Shown here: in pieces, positions 36,195-49,573 of the stretch
Layout: the number at the start of each line of letters is the position of its first letter
Position numbering within the stretch: the first letter of the stretch is position 1
Assembly: GCF_963921235.1 (NCBI RefSeq)
Contig: NC_086126.1
Location: 18,662,001-18,726,000 of the forward strand
Source of the DNA: Mobula hypostoma
Lineage: Eukaryota
DNA: 64,000 nucleotides
Reading direction: 5' to 3'
Notes under the pieces: model-generated
The model's input: only the letters and a program-made list of their open reading frames with translations
Told to the model about the DNA's origin: nothing
The model's database searches: none
Program-made: the position numbers and the translations under genes

Positions 36195-36720
36195 ATAAAC
36201 AGAAGAAAATCTGCAGATGCTGGGAATCCAAGGAACACACACAACATGCTGGAGAAACTCTGCAGGCCAAGCAGCATCTGTGGATAAAAGTACAGCTGAC
36301 ATTTTGGGTCGAGATTCTTCAGCAGGACTGGAGAAAAAAGTGAGGAGTAAATTTTAAAGGTGGGGAGGGGAGAGAGAAACACAAAGTGACAGGTGGAACT
36401 GGGAGGGGAGGGATGAAGTAAAGAGCTGGGAAGTTGATCGGTGAAAGAGATACAGGGCTGGAGAAGGGGGAGTCTGACAGGAGAGAACAGAAGGCCATGG
36501 ATGAAAGAAAAGGGGGGAGGAACACCGGAGGGAGGCAATGGGCAGGCAACGAGAGGGAAAAGGGGATGGGGAATGATGAGCGAGGGGAGGCATGACTGGA
36601 AGATCAAGAAGTCGATGTTAATGCCATCAGATTGAAGGCTGCCAAGACAGAATACAAGGTGTTGTTCCTCCTACCTGAGTGTGGCCTCATTGTGTAGGAG
36701 GCCATGGATTGACATCTCCA
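36195..36720 (-). mobile_element. Penelope-like element 3' fragment
   Basis: Reverse complement of the same GIY-YIG C-terminus, pyrimidine tail and terminus seen at 11545-12100 and 32205-32652. Confidence 0.85.
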
Positions 36721-36779
36721 TTGAGTATATTGTTTGTGGAAGCTTGTTGTATTAAAGTAGCTGCTGAGTTTTCTGCATT

Positions 36780-38150
36780 AAATCATTGACTGATTTTGAA
36801 ACATGTGGCGTGGAACCAGCACTTGCCCCTCAAATTAATCCAGTATGTTAACAACAGCGCATCACCTCCCTTTTCCAGAATATAATTCAACCACACTATT
36901 ACCATACATTCTGTCAGTTTACACAAATGGGACGTCAGTGATATTGGTCTATATCTAGGAGGATCCAACAGGGGTTTCCCAGGTTTTAGAATCGACACTA
37001 TAATTGCCATTTTCCATGAGGAGGGAAGATGGCCTGAACTCCAATTATAATTCAGAAATGTAATATTATCTCTAAAGAGTTGTTGACCATATGTTAAAAC
37101 ATGCAATAACATGTATCATCCTTTCCTGGAGCCGTCTGACCTGTACTATAAATAACTTCCTTAAATTCACACAAAGAAACTCTACATCACTAATACTATC
37201 ATTGCTACAGCTGGTTTCCAACACATTAAGGTATTTTGTAAAACCTTATCACTACATTGTTTAGTCTCTCTACCTATTTTGATTATGAACTGAAGCAAAT
37301 GACCGAGCCAGGACTCAACCGTCTCTCTTTCAGGAACAATTGTATTACCTTCTTTAATCAATATTCGGAACCCTATGAATCCCATGCCCCCATTTTCTTA
37401 GTCATTCCCCAAACATCTTCAAGTTTAATAGTCCTTCCAATACTTTCACAATATGACGTCCAGTAAATGTTTTTCACAAGCTTCATTATTTTCCTCACCA
37501 CGGCCTGTGACCTGTTACACTTAATATGATCAGGCGGAGAGTGATACTTCTTAACTTTCGGAAATGCCACGTTTCTCTCAGTAACTGCCTCTGCACACTC
37601 CTCCGTCCACCATGGTACAGCTTTTCTCCCACTAATGCACTTTTTAAATTGAATCTCTGCCACCACTATTTGATGAATAATGTTTCTTTGCAGAAATCCA
37701 CATCATCCTCACCATTCAGCCCAGACACTCAACACATAAAACATTCAAACTTCTCCCAATTTGCTTTACCAGAGTTCCACCTCCTAAAAGTGGCCTCATG
37801 CCCCATATATAAATCCAAACCCAAGCTTATAAACATAGGAAAATGATCACTCCCCAATGCTTCATCTCCCATGACATCCCACTACTCACTCCAATGTTCA
37901 AAACTAAAGTTAAATTTACAGCATTTTCAGAACTATTATGAACATTAAATCTCGTACCTCTCCCACCACAGGATATGAAATATCTGAAACTCTTCTATAA
38001 ACAAAACATCACCAATCTGAGAACAACCCCACAGTGAACTAACTATGTGTTAAAATCCCCACACCATACAACCCTTAGTGAGCTAGAGCTACATATACTC
38101 TCCAGAAACTCAATCGGAAGCTTTCCATAATGATTATAACAACACACAAA
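36780..38150 (-). mobile_element. I-group (Nimb-like) LINE fragment (endonuclease-RT linker and RT start)
   Basis: ORFs KAVPWWTEECAEAVTERN and GHLPSSWKMAIIVSILKPGK...YRPISLTSHLCKL. Confidence 0.8.
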
Positions 38151-38589
38151 CACGAGGAAATCTACAGATGATGGAATTTCAAGCAACACGCATAAAAGTT
38201 GCTGGTGAACGCAGCAGGCCAGGCAGCATCTCTAGGAAGAGGTCCAGTCGCCGTTATAATAATATACCGCTTTATTGCACCTACCTGTGGAATCAAATGT
38301 GTCTTCAAATGTCTCAGACATTTCATTTACATCCACAACTCTATGCCCTCTCCCTCTCTTTAAAAAACTTGCACCACCACCTGCTCTACCAACTAAACTA
38401 TCATGCTGAATTACAATATAACACTGGAAGGAAGAACTTAAATGCGATAACAATCAGGTTTCCTGAATACATATAACATCACATAGATTTGATAAATCAG
38501 AAATAAAAGTAGTTTTGACCATTAGGAATCAGGCTTCTGCAAATCGCCCTATGATACAGGCGGGGCGGGAGATGCGGAATGTAGTGGGG

Positions 38590-38760
38590 CGTTTATGATT
38601 GGTGAAACAGTGCCTGATCTGATTGGAAAGAGCAAATATTCCAATCACAGAGCTGCCTTATTCACCAATCAAGAGACAGCAACGGTAGAAGCGCGGAAAA
38701 TGCCGTCTAACCGTCGAAATAAACTGAAATTTGTAAACACCGCCAAAAAAGCCTTTGTTG
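38590..38760 (-). promoter_or_regulatory. Orphan H2A-type promoter (paralogue of 29960-30110) lacking an H2A gene
   Basis: TCACCAATCAAGAG...GGTAGAAGCGCGGAAA...CCGCCAAAAAA is shared with the H2A upstream region. No TATA or H2A CDS follows. Confidence 0.8.
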
Positions 38761-39310
38761 CTGAAATTAAACCACAACAGGTTTGTTTGTCGGCTCTTTA
38801 CCCCCGTTACTGGACTCCGACACACTTAAACAAAGTGTAGTTAATATTGCGATGGTGTCTGGGACATTAGTTCACCGATATCTTTCAGTTGATAAACGAT
38901 TGGAATAAAACTGATTCTCAGCTGCTATTCGCGGTCGGTCATTGTGTAAACTCAAATCAGTTTACCAACGGGTCACCCGTCAGAAAGTGGAGCTTTATCA
39001 AATACTCTGAACGACCCGTGACAATGTTCAGCTCTTGCGTTGGAATGGGGTTAAGAGAAGTAACCAAAATGGGACAAAGCTTAACGAACCCACGGGTAAT
39101 TAAACCAAAAACAACAATTAGCGTCCACGTCAGAGAAATGTGATAACCGAGAGGAAGCGACGGGGAAACGGGTGCGTAACGATTCCGTGTCTGTGCTGTT
39201 GGCAGGAATTAACAGAGAAATTGTGATTATACTGAGCAGCGGACAGCAAGTTCTGATTAACGGGGGTAAGATTCTGAATGAGCCGTGAGTAGCTCTTAAA
39301 AGGCGTGAGT

Positions 39311-39326
39311 GGCTCTTAAAAGAGCC
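39311..39326 (-). terminator. Histone 3' stem-loop (H2B copy 2)
   Basis: Minus strand AAA-GGCTCTTTTAAGAGCC-ACTCA. Confidence 0.95.
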
Positions 39327-39363
39327 TTTGATTTTCCGGTTTGTTTTGTCAGTAAGTTTGTCT

Positions 39364-39738
39364 TCACTTGGAGCTGGTGTACTTGGTCACCGCCTTTGTC
39401 CCTTCGGACACGGCGTGCTTGGCCAGCTCCCCGGGCAGCAGCAGGCGCACGGCGGTCTGGATCTCCCGGGAGCTGATGGTTGACCGCTTGTTGTAATGAG
39501 CCAGGCGGGAAGCCTCGCCCGCGATGCGCTCGAAAATATCGTTGACGAATGAATTCATGATGCTCATGGCCTTGGAGGAGATGCCGGTGTCGGGGTGAAC
39601 CTGCTTCATCACTTTGTAGATGTAGATGGAGTAACTCTCCTTCCTCGACCTCTTGCGCTTCTTGCCAGACTTGCTCGCTGGTTTGGACAAAGCTTTCTTG
39701 GCGCCCTTCTTGGGAGCGGGTTTCGCTGGATCCGGCAT
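39364..39738 (-). CDS. H2B: Histone H2B (copy 2, canonical)
   Basis: [12 protein letters not shown]...TKYTSSK, 124 aa from ATG 39738, with TATTTAA, CCAAT boxes and an intact stem-loop. Confidence 0.98.
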   Translation of the reverse strand: MPDPAKPAPKKGAKKALSKPASKSGKKRKRSRKESYSIYIYKVMKQVHPDTGISSKAMSIMNSFVNDIFERIAGEASRLAHYNKRSTISSREIQTAVRLLLPGELAKHAVSEGTKAVTKYTSSK

Positions 39739-41169
39739 TTCCTGGTCGGTTTCAAACACGATAATGAGCAGAAGCTGTTCGGAGCGCGGATTAAATAGGC
39801 AGCGCCCAAAGCGGTATGTTAATGAGGATGGGAATTCTGAGCATTTCCATTGGCTGTTTGGAGAAATGAATCACCAATCGGAACGCTGGGGGATGGGAAG
39901 CGGCGCCAATGGGCGGGGTTACCGCTGTCGTTTGATGTGGGAGGAAGTACTGAAGGGCAGAGACAGGCCGGTGCGCGGGCTGAAATTGAAAAGGGAAACG
40001 CAAATTTCAAAAGCAAAATGAAAACAAAGATGAAATATTGTAAAAATTAAACACTAAGACGTTTAGTTCATGACACAGGGCAGCAGGAGAGTGAAGTAGA
40101 GATTTCGACATTTCAATATAAAGTTCAAATCGAGTTTATTTACGCACAGGTGAAAGGAACAACGTATTTGTAGCAGCATCACAGACACAACACTGACAAG
40201 AAACACTGAAATTAAATATGAATTATACCAAAATATTAAAATAGAAGACTATCAGAACAAAATCTAAATAACAAAGAGATTATGCGGGCAGTGGGAGAAT
40301 CATCCCTCTTGTACTTCTTCATCTCGTCACTCCAGATTCAGTGTCACACAACGCTGCCACTTTGATCTGGCCCATGCCTTCATTAACCAGGTCCAACACT
40401 TGCCTTTATTGGATCTTCCTCCTCCTTACATGAGTCATCGGGTTTGTGGGGGTGTGCCCAGGGTTAATTGGGGTGTGTGCCCCCTTGGATCTCAGGATTA
40501 GGTTTGAGGGTAGGGCTGGTGGATGTGTATGCGGGGCTGGGAGAGATAAGGCTGTAGAGTTTAGTATGGTGAGATAGGTGGGGCTATGGTGGATAGGGTA
40601 GTGTAGTGTAGCCACTTCAATCTGGCCCATGCCTTTCATTAATGTGGCCTGACACAACTTGGCTTAATGAACTGGGTGTGCAAAGGGACACATCATTAGT
40701 AACAGTATTTAGGGTCATTGGGTGGTTCGGGTCTTCAATCATGAGACATCGTCGCCCAGGCGACCCAGCCAGGGTTTATCCCATGGACTAACATAACAAG
40801 AGGTATGTAATTCTACATGTTGTGGGTATTTTGGACCTTGTTACTTGGCTTTATTTTGATCATTTGGGCAATAGAATGTTCTGAGGCCTAGTTATCAGGC
40901 TTTACCCCCAAGTAAGATTCAACTTCCCTACTTTAAATTTACACCTGTCTTTATTTTGCATCTGTGTGCCTGGGACTGCGTGGATAAACAGTGTTTACTG
41001 CAGTACAAAGTAGTAATTAGGGTTGTGCAGATTGGTCCATAATTCCAAAATGCAAACATCTCTGAAATCCGGGATTTTTTGTGCTGACATGACATCACAA
41101 ATGGAGAATTTTACTCACGATTAAATTGTGATTTACACTTCATTCTGAGGGTATTTTCCTCAGTTATGG

Positions 41170-42719
41170 AATTCTTATTCAGGGGAAATATTCTCCTTGC
41201 TGACTGCCTGTCACATCCTGAAAGAATCTAACAGATTTCCACGTTTTCACATGAACTGCAGGGAATGCAGACCTAGCCCACACACTCTCCTCTCACATAA
41301 CCAACCTTCCATCCCTGGAACCAGCCCAGTCAGTGTGGAGAACAGTCACTGCACTCCCTCTATTGCAGGGATATCCTTCCTGAGGAAGTGTGACCAAACC
41401 TGGACACGATACTCGAGATGTGCTCTCACCAGGGCCCTATATAATCCCAGTGAGACATCTGTACCCTCTTCTCCACTCCTCCTGGATCACAGGACAAAAT
41501 ACTGTTTCCCTCTCTCATTACTTGTTGTATCTGCATGTTAACTCAAGTGATTTGTTTACAAGGATGCCCAGGTCCCTGTGAACATCCCCGTGTGGAATGA
41601 CTCTTATAGTTTGTTCCTGGGAATGGGTGATCGCACATTTCCCCACATTCTGTTCCATCTGCCACATCCTCAACCATTCACTCTCCTGTCTACATCCCCC
41701 AAACCTTCTCACTACTGACACTGTCCCTCCCGCTCTGCCACAGCAGCAGACGTAGTCACTCAGTTATGCAGCACAGAAACAGGCCCTTCAGCCCAACACA
41801 TCCATGCTGACCATGTGGCCAAACAAAACCATTGTCAGTTGCCTGCATTTGGCCCATGTCCCTGTGAGACTTCCCTCTCCACAGTCCAAGAGATATTGCA
41901 ACTGTGCCCACCTATACCACCACTTGGGGTAGTTTGTTCTATGTAAATAGCACATTCTGTGATTAAAACCTCCTCATCAGGGTCTCACTGAAATCTTTCG
42001 TCTCTGACTTTATATCTGTAATCTTGGAGATAACAGATTCACTATTGACCGTATCAATGTCTGCCATTATTTTATCAGCCTCTCTAACGTCACATACACT
42101 CTGGTGAGAAAGGTCCTGGCCTATCCAGCCTCCTGTTAAATCCCTTTTGCACCCTCTCCAGTTTAATGCCACCCTCTGATCCCAGGGCAACTATAACTGT
42201 ACTCCGTGCTCCAAGAGTAGTTTCCCCGAGGCTGGGAGAGCTGTAATGTGACGTCACAGTCCAGTGCCCGATACTCTGACCGATGAATGCAAATGTGGCG
42301 ACACCTTCTTCACCGTCCTGCCTACCTGTGTTTACACTCTGAAGGACTTCGATATCTGCACCCCGATATCTCTGTTTTACAGCACTCCCAGGGACAGACC
42401 ATTCCCCACGGCAGTTCTGCCCTCGTTCGTCAATGACAATGGAACATTTAACATTTATCCGTCATTCCTCAAATCACTGACTTCATTGATCACCATCCTG
42501 TTGTAATGTTAGTTGCATTGTTTCACACTCCACGGTATCACCAACTTTAGTGACATCGGTAAATCTGCTGAGCCAGGCAGTGACATTGTCAGCCGAGTCT
42601 TTAATAAATGAACAGCAACAGCAGACTTGACTCGAATCCCGGTGCCACACTATTGATCACAGCTCTCCAGTCTAAACAATGACTTTGTCTCCCACCACCA
42701 GGCCGATATTGTACCCAGT
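41170..42719 (-). mobile_element. Old CR1 fragments
   Basis: WLRMWQMEQNVGKC and reverse-complement RAHLEYRVQVWS-like motifs. Confidence 0.65.
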
Positions 42720-43195
42720 CCACCTTTGGTCCCCACCTGGCACTCAGCTCTCACCTGTGGCTCCCCGTAGCTGTTTGCATGCGACCGCGGCCACACCCCG
42801 GGCAGCCGGCTAAACCAGGTGAGGGTAGCCGACGGGTCTCAAACCCTCGGTGAGATAGGGAGTTGTCTATCCCAGCATGTGAAGACAGACTCCGGCGGAT
42901 TGAGCGGACGAGACCAATGGAAGGTCCAACGGTCAAGAAGGCGGTCTCTGCAAGCGTCGTGGAACGTGCAGAGCAGGACAAGACACAGAAGACGTCCTGG
43001 TCATCCACTGCGCCTAGTCCCATCTCCAGCCGTCTAGACTCTGTCTTGCCACTGGATCCAGATGGGAATTGGGACGAGAGAGTGAGGCTGACACTGCGCA
43101 ACTCTCCCTCACTTAAATCCAAATCACGCGCTAGTCTCGACACCATCATAATGGTGTTGAGGTCCTCATTGACGTCAATGATGGACGAACAAACG
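42720..43195 (+). mobile_element. 476-bp non-autonomous retro-insertion with 12-bp TSD (possibly Vingi/RTE 5'-UTR derived)
   Basis: ATTGTACCCAGT is duplicated at 42708-42719 and 43196-43207. The insert is CpG-rich with no TIRs and no poly(A). Family assignment is from recalled resemblance only. Confidence 0.7.
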
Positions 43196-43443
43196 ATTGT
43201 ACCCAGTGCCCTGGATCACGTGATCTCTCCTTCCAGGCACGAGTCTCACCAGTCTGAAGCTCCCGGGCTTTTCCTTGCAGCGACACACACACAATGCTGG
43301 AGGAACTCAGCAGGCCAGGCAGCCAGTAAACAGCTGGCATTTCAGGCCGAGACCCTTCATCAGCATAATGTCTTGTGCTTACTTTTCCTTCGATTCTAAA
43401 TTACCACATAACATGACCCATCCTCCAATCCTCTGCCACCACT

Positions 43444-46400
43444 CCTGCCCGAGAAACGCGCAGAGAGACAGAGGCAGGGAGGGGAGGAGACAGAGTCAGA
43501 GTGACGGACAGAGCTGAGAGCGGCCTCTCATCGTCCAGCTCCGCCTTCACTTTACCACAACTGCCAATTTCCAACGATTCATCCGACACAAAACGCTCCT
43601 GCGAAAAACAAAACTCCCTCACACACCACGTACATACTGGAGGATTTCTGGGAATTTACCGATTCTCCTGCTTTAAATTATAGGAAGTGTTTTTCCATTC
43701 TGCAAATCCCCGAGGTTCTCGGTCTGTCCCTCCCGGCCCCATGACCAGTGCGAGCGCCCTCAGGCACAGCAGTTGGTGGGTGAGGGTGCAGTCACTTCCA
43801 GTGATGAGAGGGTTGATTCAGTAGAACAATTGTTCCTCTGGGTCACCAGGGAAATGAAAGACCGGTCACATACTGGAACAGGATACATAACCAGATATAC
43901 AGACCGCGCTTCTGGCACCTTCTAAAGCCCAGGTAAAGGGGTGGCTGAGGAGCTGGTGTGGGGTGGGTGGGTCTTCAGGTATAAGGATCATTGGGTCTCA
44001 AGGGAGACGACAGACGGGTCCAAGGAGGAGGGGAGCCGATATGTTTCCGGGGAGCCTCCTTCGTGCTACACGGCAGTGATTAAATGAGCAGGGATGAGGT
44101 CCTGCACAGTGATTTTCGGGAACAAAGTTAAAAAAATCAGGACTTCCAGGATTGTATTACGACGCAAAGCATGTGTGGAGGGAAATCGATATTTTATGCA
44201 GTTTAATTTGTTGCTGAGGAACTGATGCGGGAGGGAGGTCTTCATGGATCAATGGACTCTCTTCCAGGCAGGTGGGAGACCGGGACAAACAAGACCATTT
44301 GCATCTGAACAGGAGGGGAACCAACATTTTCGTCAAGAGGTTTGATGGTGTCACTTGGCAGAGTTTGAACAAGAGTAGCAAGTGGGAGAATGTATGTATG
44401 ACAAGACAGTCTGAAAAGAACGAGAGCCAATGTCAAGCTAATAAACACGGTGGGACTGATGGGCTGAAATGAGTTTATTTCAACACTACGAGTATTACGT
44501 TAGCAGAGGGACAGGGCTGGCAGCTCAACATTCCTGGGTTTGATTGTTTTACATGTGAGTGGGGGGTAAAAGATGCAGAGGTTACCCCACTGGGAATGTC
44601 ACAGCAAACTAGAAGGCTCATTTACAGAGACAATCTGCAGTTACACTGATGGAATTATCGTATTGGTCCCCAATAACCACTGGCAGGTGGAGGATCAGAT
44701 ATGTTGATGCTTATGGAGAGGTGCAGAACAACAGGGTTGTCATAGTGAGGGACTTCATCTTCCCTGCAAATGATTGGATCTTGCTCAAATGCACAAGATT
44801 TGTTCAGTGAATCCAAGGAGTGTTTGAAACCTTACGTACAGGGCCCAACCAGAGCTGAGAACAGACGGGAATTAGTTTTGGGAAATGGGCCAGGCCAACT
44901 GACAGCCAAGAGTCAGTGAACATTTTGGGAACAGTGATCACAACTTTATTTAAAGTTATGAGTAAGAATAAAATTATATCTTGTATGAAGGTACTAAATT
45001 GCAGGAGGGCAAGTCAGGACGGAGGAAGACAGGAACCAAGGGGCATTGATTGGGAGCAGCCACTGTCAGACAAGTCCACATCTGACGTGGGAGTTGTTTA
45101 AAGACCAGCAACTCTGAGTTCAGGATCAGCATGTTCTGGTGAGGAGTGAGGAGAAGGATGGTAAGTAAGGGAACTTCGGATGAGCAGAGAGATCCTAAAT
45201 TTAGTCAGAAGGATATGGAAGGTTTGTGAAGCTAAAGTCAGACTGGGTACCTTTGGAATATAAAGATAGCAGAGAAATGTTAAAGCAGATGATAGGAAAG
45301 GCCAAATGGGGCCACAAACTGTTCTTGTGGAGTGGGACCAAAGATGATCCCAAGGCCTTGTGATTTGTATTAATGAGACGAGGATAAACAGAGAATGGAA
45401 AGGTCGACTCAAGATTAAAGGAGGAATGTTGTGGTTGAAGTCAGACCAAGTGACTGAGGTACTAAATGAGTATGTTGTGTCAGTAATTATGAGGAGAAGG
45501 AATTGAATGACAATGAAAACAGAGTGAGACATGCTAATGTGCAGAGAGGTGTTGAGATTAAGGAGGAGGCTGTGCTGGGACGTCTGAGAAGCAATGAGAT
45601 GGATAAGACTCCAGGGCCTGAAGGCATATATCCTGCAATAGTGAAAGAAACAAGTGAGCAGATTGCTGGGGATTTGACAAGGATCTATGTGTCCTCCATC
45701 ACAACACGTGAGGTCCCACAGGACTGGAGTGTCGCAAATGTTGCAGCTTTGATCAAGAAGGGAAATAACAAGAATCCAGGAATCTATAGGCAAGGCAGCC
45801 TCATTTCAGTGGTAGAGAAGCTATTGGGGAGGATATTGAGGTCCAGGATTTATGCACATTCAAAAAGGCATGGCCTGCTTTGGGACAATCAACATGTTTT
45901 GTGTGGGCAGATCACGCTTGATAAAATTGATTGAGGTTTCTGAGGAGGTGATATAGACTAAGATATAGGAGCAGAATTCGACCATTTGGCCCATCAAGTC
46001 TGCTCTGACATTTGATTGTGGCTGATCCATTTTTCCTCTCAGCCCCAGTCTCCTGCCTTTCCCCTGTATCCCTTCATACTCTGACCAATCAAGAATCTAT
46101 CAACCTCTGCCTTAAATATACATAAAGTCCTGGCTTGACAGCTCCCTGTGGCAATGAATTCCACAGATTCACCACCCTCTGGCTAAAGAAATTTCTCATT
46201 CTCCACATTCTACAAAGATGCTCCTCTATTCCGAGGCTGTGTCCTCTGATATTCGACACTCCCATCTTCTGCACATCCACTTTATCATTGCCTTTCACAC
46301 TTCGATAGGTTTCAATTGGGCCACACCTCATTGTTCAAAAATTCCATTGAATACAGGCCCAGAGCCATTAAACACTCTTCATGTGGCAACCTGTTTCATC

Positions 46401-46546
46401 CTGCAATCAATCTGGAGAACTTCCTTTGAAAGCAATCCAGTTTTAGCCCATCCTTCATGAGAAAAAGGGCCCAAAACTGCTCACAACACTCCAGTGAGAC
46501 CTCCCCAGTACTTTATAAAGTCTGATCATTATTATGATTGGCACAG
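43444..46546 (-). repeat. Inverted segmental duplication, copy B (ends 13 bp before the H4 TATA box; no H4 gene)
   Basis: Reverse complement of 16615-19709. Confidence 0.95.
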
Positions 46547-48500
46547 TGGGAAGACAGAGGACTGGGAAGTTTTTAAAACCTTAAAAAAGGAAACCAAGAA
46601 GGTCATTAAGAGAGAAAAGATTAACTATGAAAGGAAACTAGCAAATAATATCAAAGAGGATACTAAAAGCTTTCTCAAGTATATAAAGAGTAAAAGACAG
46701 GTGAGAGTAGATATAGGACCGATAGAAAATGATACTGGAGGAATTGTAATAGGAGATGAGGAGATGGCAGAGGAACTGAACAAGTATTTTGCATCAGTCT
46801 TCACTGAGGAAGACATCAGCAGTACATTGGACACTCGAAAGGTGGCAGGGAAGCGAAGTGTGCGCAGTCACAATTACGACAGAGAAAGTACTCAGGAATC
46901 TGAATAGGCTGAAGGTCGATAAATCTCCTGGACCAGATGGAATGCACCCTCGTGTTCTGAAGGAAGTAGCTGTGGAGATTCCGGAGGCATTAGCGATGAT
47001 CTTTCAAAAGTCGATAGATTCTGGCATGGTTCCGGAAGACTGGAAGATTGCAAATGTCACTCCGCTATTTAAGAAGGGGGCAAGGAAGCAAAAAGGAAAT
47101 TATAGACCTGTTAGCTTGACGTTGGTGGTTGGGAAGTTGTTGGAGTCGATTGTTAAGGATGAGGTTACAGAGTACCTGGAGGCATATGACAAGATAGGCA
47201 GAACTCAGCATGGATTCCTTAAAGGAAAATCCTGCCTGACAAACCTATTACAATTTTTTGAGGAAATTACCAGTAGGCTAGACAAGGGAGATGCAGTGGA
47301 TGTTGTATATTTGGATTTTCAGAAGGCCTTTGACAAGGTGCCACACATGAGGCTACTTAACAAGATAAGAGCCCATGGAATTACGGGAAAGTTACATATA
47401 TGGATAGAGCGTTGGCTGATTGGCAGGAAACAGAGAGTGGGAATAAAGGGATCCTATTCTGGTTGGCTGCCGGTTACCAGTGGTGTTCCACAGGGATCAG
47501 TGTTGGGGCCGCTTCTTTTTACATTGTACATCAACGATTTGGATTATGGAATAGATGGCTTTCTGGCTAAGTTTGCTGACGATATGAAGATAGGTGGAGG
47601 GGCCGGTAGTGCTGAGGGAATGGAGAGTCTGCAGAGAGACTTGGATAGATTGGAAGAATGGGCAGAGAAGTGTCAAATGAAGTACAATGTTGGAAAGTGT
47701 ATGGTTATGCACTTTGGCAGAAAAAATAAACTGGCAGACTATTATTTAAATGGAGAAAGAATTCAAAGTTCTGAGATGCAACGGGACTTGGGAGTCCTCG
47801 TACAGGATTCCCTTAAAGTTAACCTCCAGGTTGAGTCAGTAGTGAAGAAGACGAATGCAATGTTGGCTTTCATTTCTAGAGGAATAGAGTAGAGGAGCAG
47901 GGGTGCGATGTTGAGGCTCTATAAGGCGCTGGTGAGACCTCACTTGGAGTACTGTGGGCAGTATTGGTCTCCTTATTTAAGAAAGGATGTGCTAAAGTTG
48001 GAGAGGGCACAGAGAAGATTCACGAGAATGATTCCGGGAATGAGAGGGTTAACATATGAGGAACGTTTGTCCGCTCTTGGACTGTATTCCTTGGAGTTTA
48101 GAAGAATGAGGGGAGACCTCATAGAAACATTTCGAATGTTAAAAGGCATGGACAGAGTGGATGTGGCAAAGTTGTTTCCCATGATGGGGGAGTCCAGTAC
48201 GAGAGGGCATGACTTAAGGATTGAAGGGCGCCCTTTCAGAACAGAAATGCGAAGAAATTTTTTTAGTCAGAGGGTGGTGAATCTATGGAATTTGTTGCCA
48301 CGGGCAGCAGTGGAGGCCAAGTCATTGGGCGTATTTAAGGCAGAGATTGATAGGTATCTGAGTAGCCAGGGCATCAAAGGTTATGGTGAGAAGGCGGGGC
48401 AGTGGGACTGAATAGGATAAAATGGATCAGCTCATGATAAAATGGCGGAGCAGACTCGATGGGCCGAATGGCCGACTTCTGCTCCTTTGTCTTATGGTCT
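46547..48500 (+). mobile_element. Relatively young 5'-truncated CR1 LINE (RT nearly intact)
   Basis: 367-aa RT ORF 46789-47892 (NYRPVSLT, YLDFQKAFDKV, GVPQGSVLGPLLF, KFADD) continues in frame after a single TAG into 47908-48411. TCTTATGGTCT tail. Confidence 0.97.
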
Positions 48501-49573
48501 AAATACTCAAATGGCAAAATGGTACAACCGTGGCTGACAAGGAAGTCAGAGCTAATGTAAAACCAAAAGGGAGGGCAGACAACAAGCAAAAAATATTCAG
48601 AATACAGAGGATTGGGAAACTTTAACACCTGACAGACAGCAACCTAAAGAGGGAAGAGATGAAACATGCAAGCAATCTGGCAAACATGATCAAAATGGAT
48701 AGTTTTAGCTTTTTCAAGTACGTAAAAATAAAAGAGAGGTGAGATTGGATATAGGACTGCTAGAAAATAAGGCCAGAGGAATAATAACAGCCGGGGAGTT
48801 GCGGCGGGGGGGGGGGAAGGTTACAAGGAGATGGCAGATGAACTAAATGAGTATTTTGCATCACTGGAAGGTACTAGCAGTGTGCCAGATGCTGAAGGGT
48901 GTGAGGGAAGAGAAGAGAGTGCAGTTATTATTACAAGGGAAAAGGTGCTCAAAAAGCTGAAAGACCTGAGGGTTCAGAGGTCACCCGGACCAGATGAACT
49001 GCACCCCAGAGTTCTGAAAGAGGTAACGCCCCTGACTGACCGTGTGAAGGAAATGGAGCTGGAGATGGACAGACCTAGAGATTGCAGGATGCTGAGACCA
49101 GAGATTCAGTGGGTTGGTCAAACCTGAAGTCAAGCTGCAAATAGTTTGGTCACGACCACAACTGGAAAGGGGAAGAGACAGACAGTGCAATGTCTTCCTG
49201 TGGCTGTGACCCTCAGAAACAAGCACGTTCCTTTGGATATCCCTGGGAGGATGATGAACCAGAGCACAGCAGCCCATCAGCTCGGTGGTACTGACACCGC
49301 GGTCCGATGCTCCGCGGGAGGAAAGGACAAGCAGAGCAGTGATGACAGCAGACTCACAGTACAGGGGATGTGCAGGAGATTCTGTGGCCGCAGGAGAGAT
49401 GACACAATGGTGTGTCGCCTCCTGGGTACCAGGGTCAGACACATCTCAGATGCGCAGAATTACCAAAAGATAAACTTCCCAGTTGAGTCGGTGGTAAGGA
49501 AACCAAATCCAACGTTAGCATTCATTTCAAGAGGACTACAATACAAAAGCAATAATGCTCAGACTTTATAAGG

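Noticed and set aside
42863-43399. 178-aa ORF
   Set aside because: Non-ATG start; it runs across the TSD boundary into unrelated CR1/PLE sequence.
45098-45793. 231-aa ORF (and its 193-aa twin at 17480-18061)
   Set aside because: Antisense to decayed CR1 ORF2. It is shared only because of the duplication, and the frame differs between copies.
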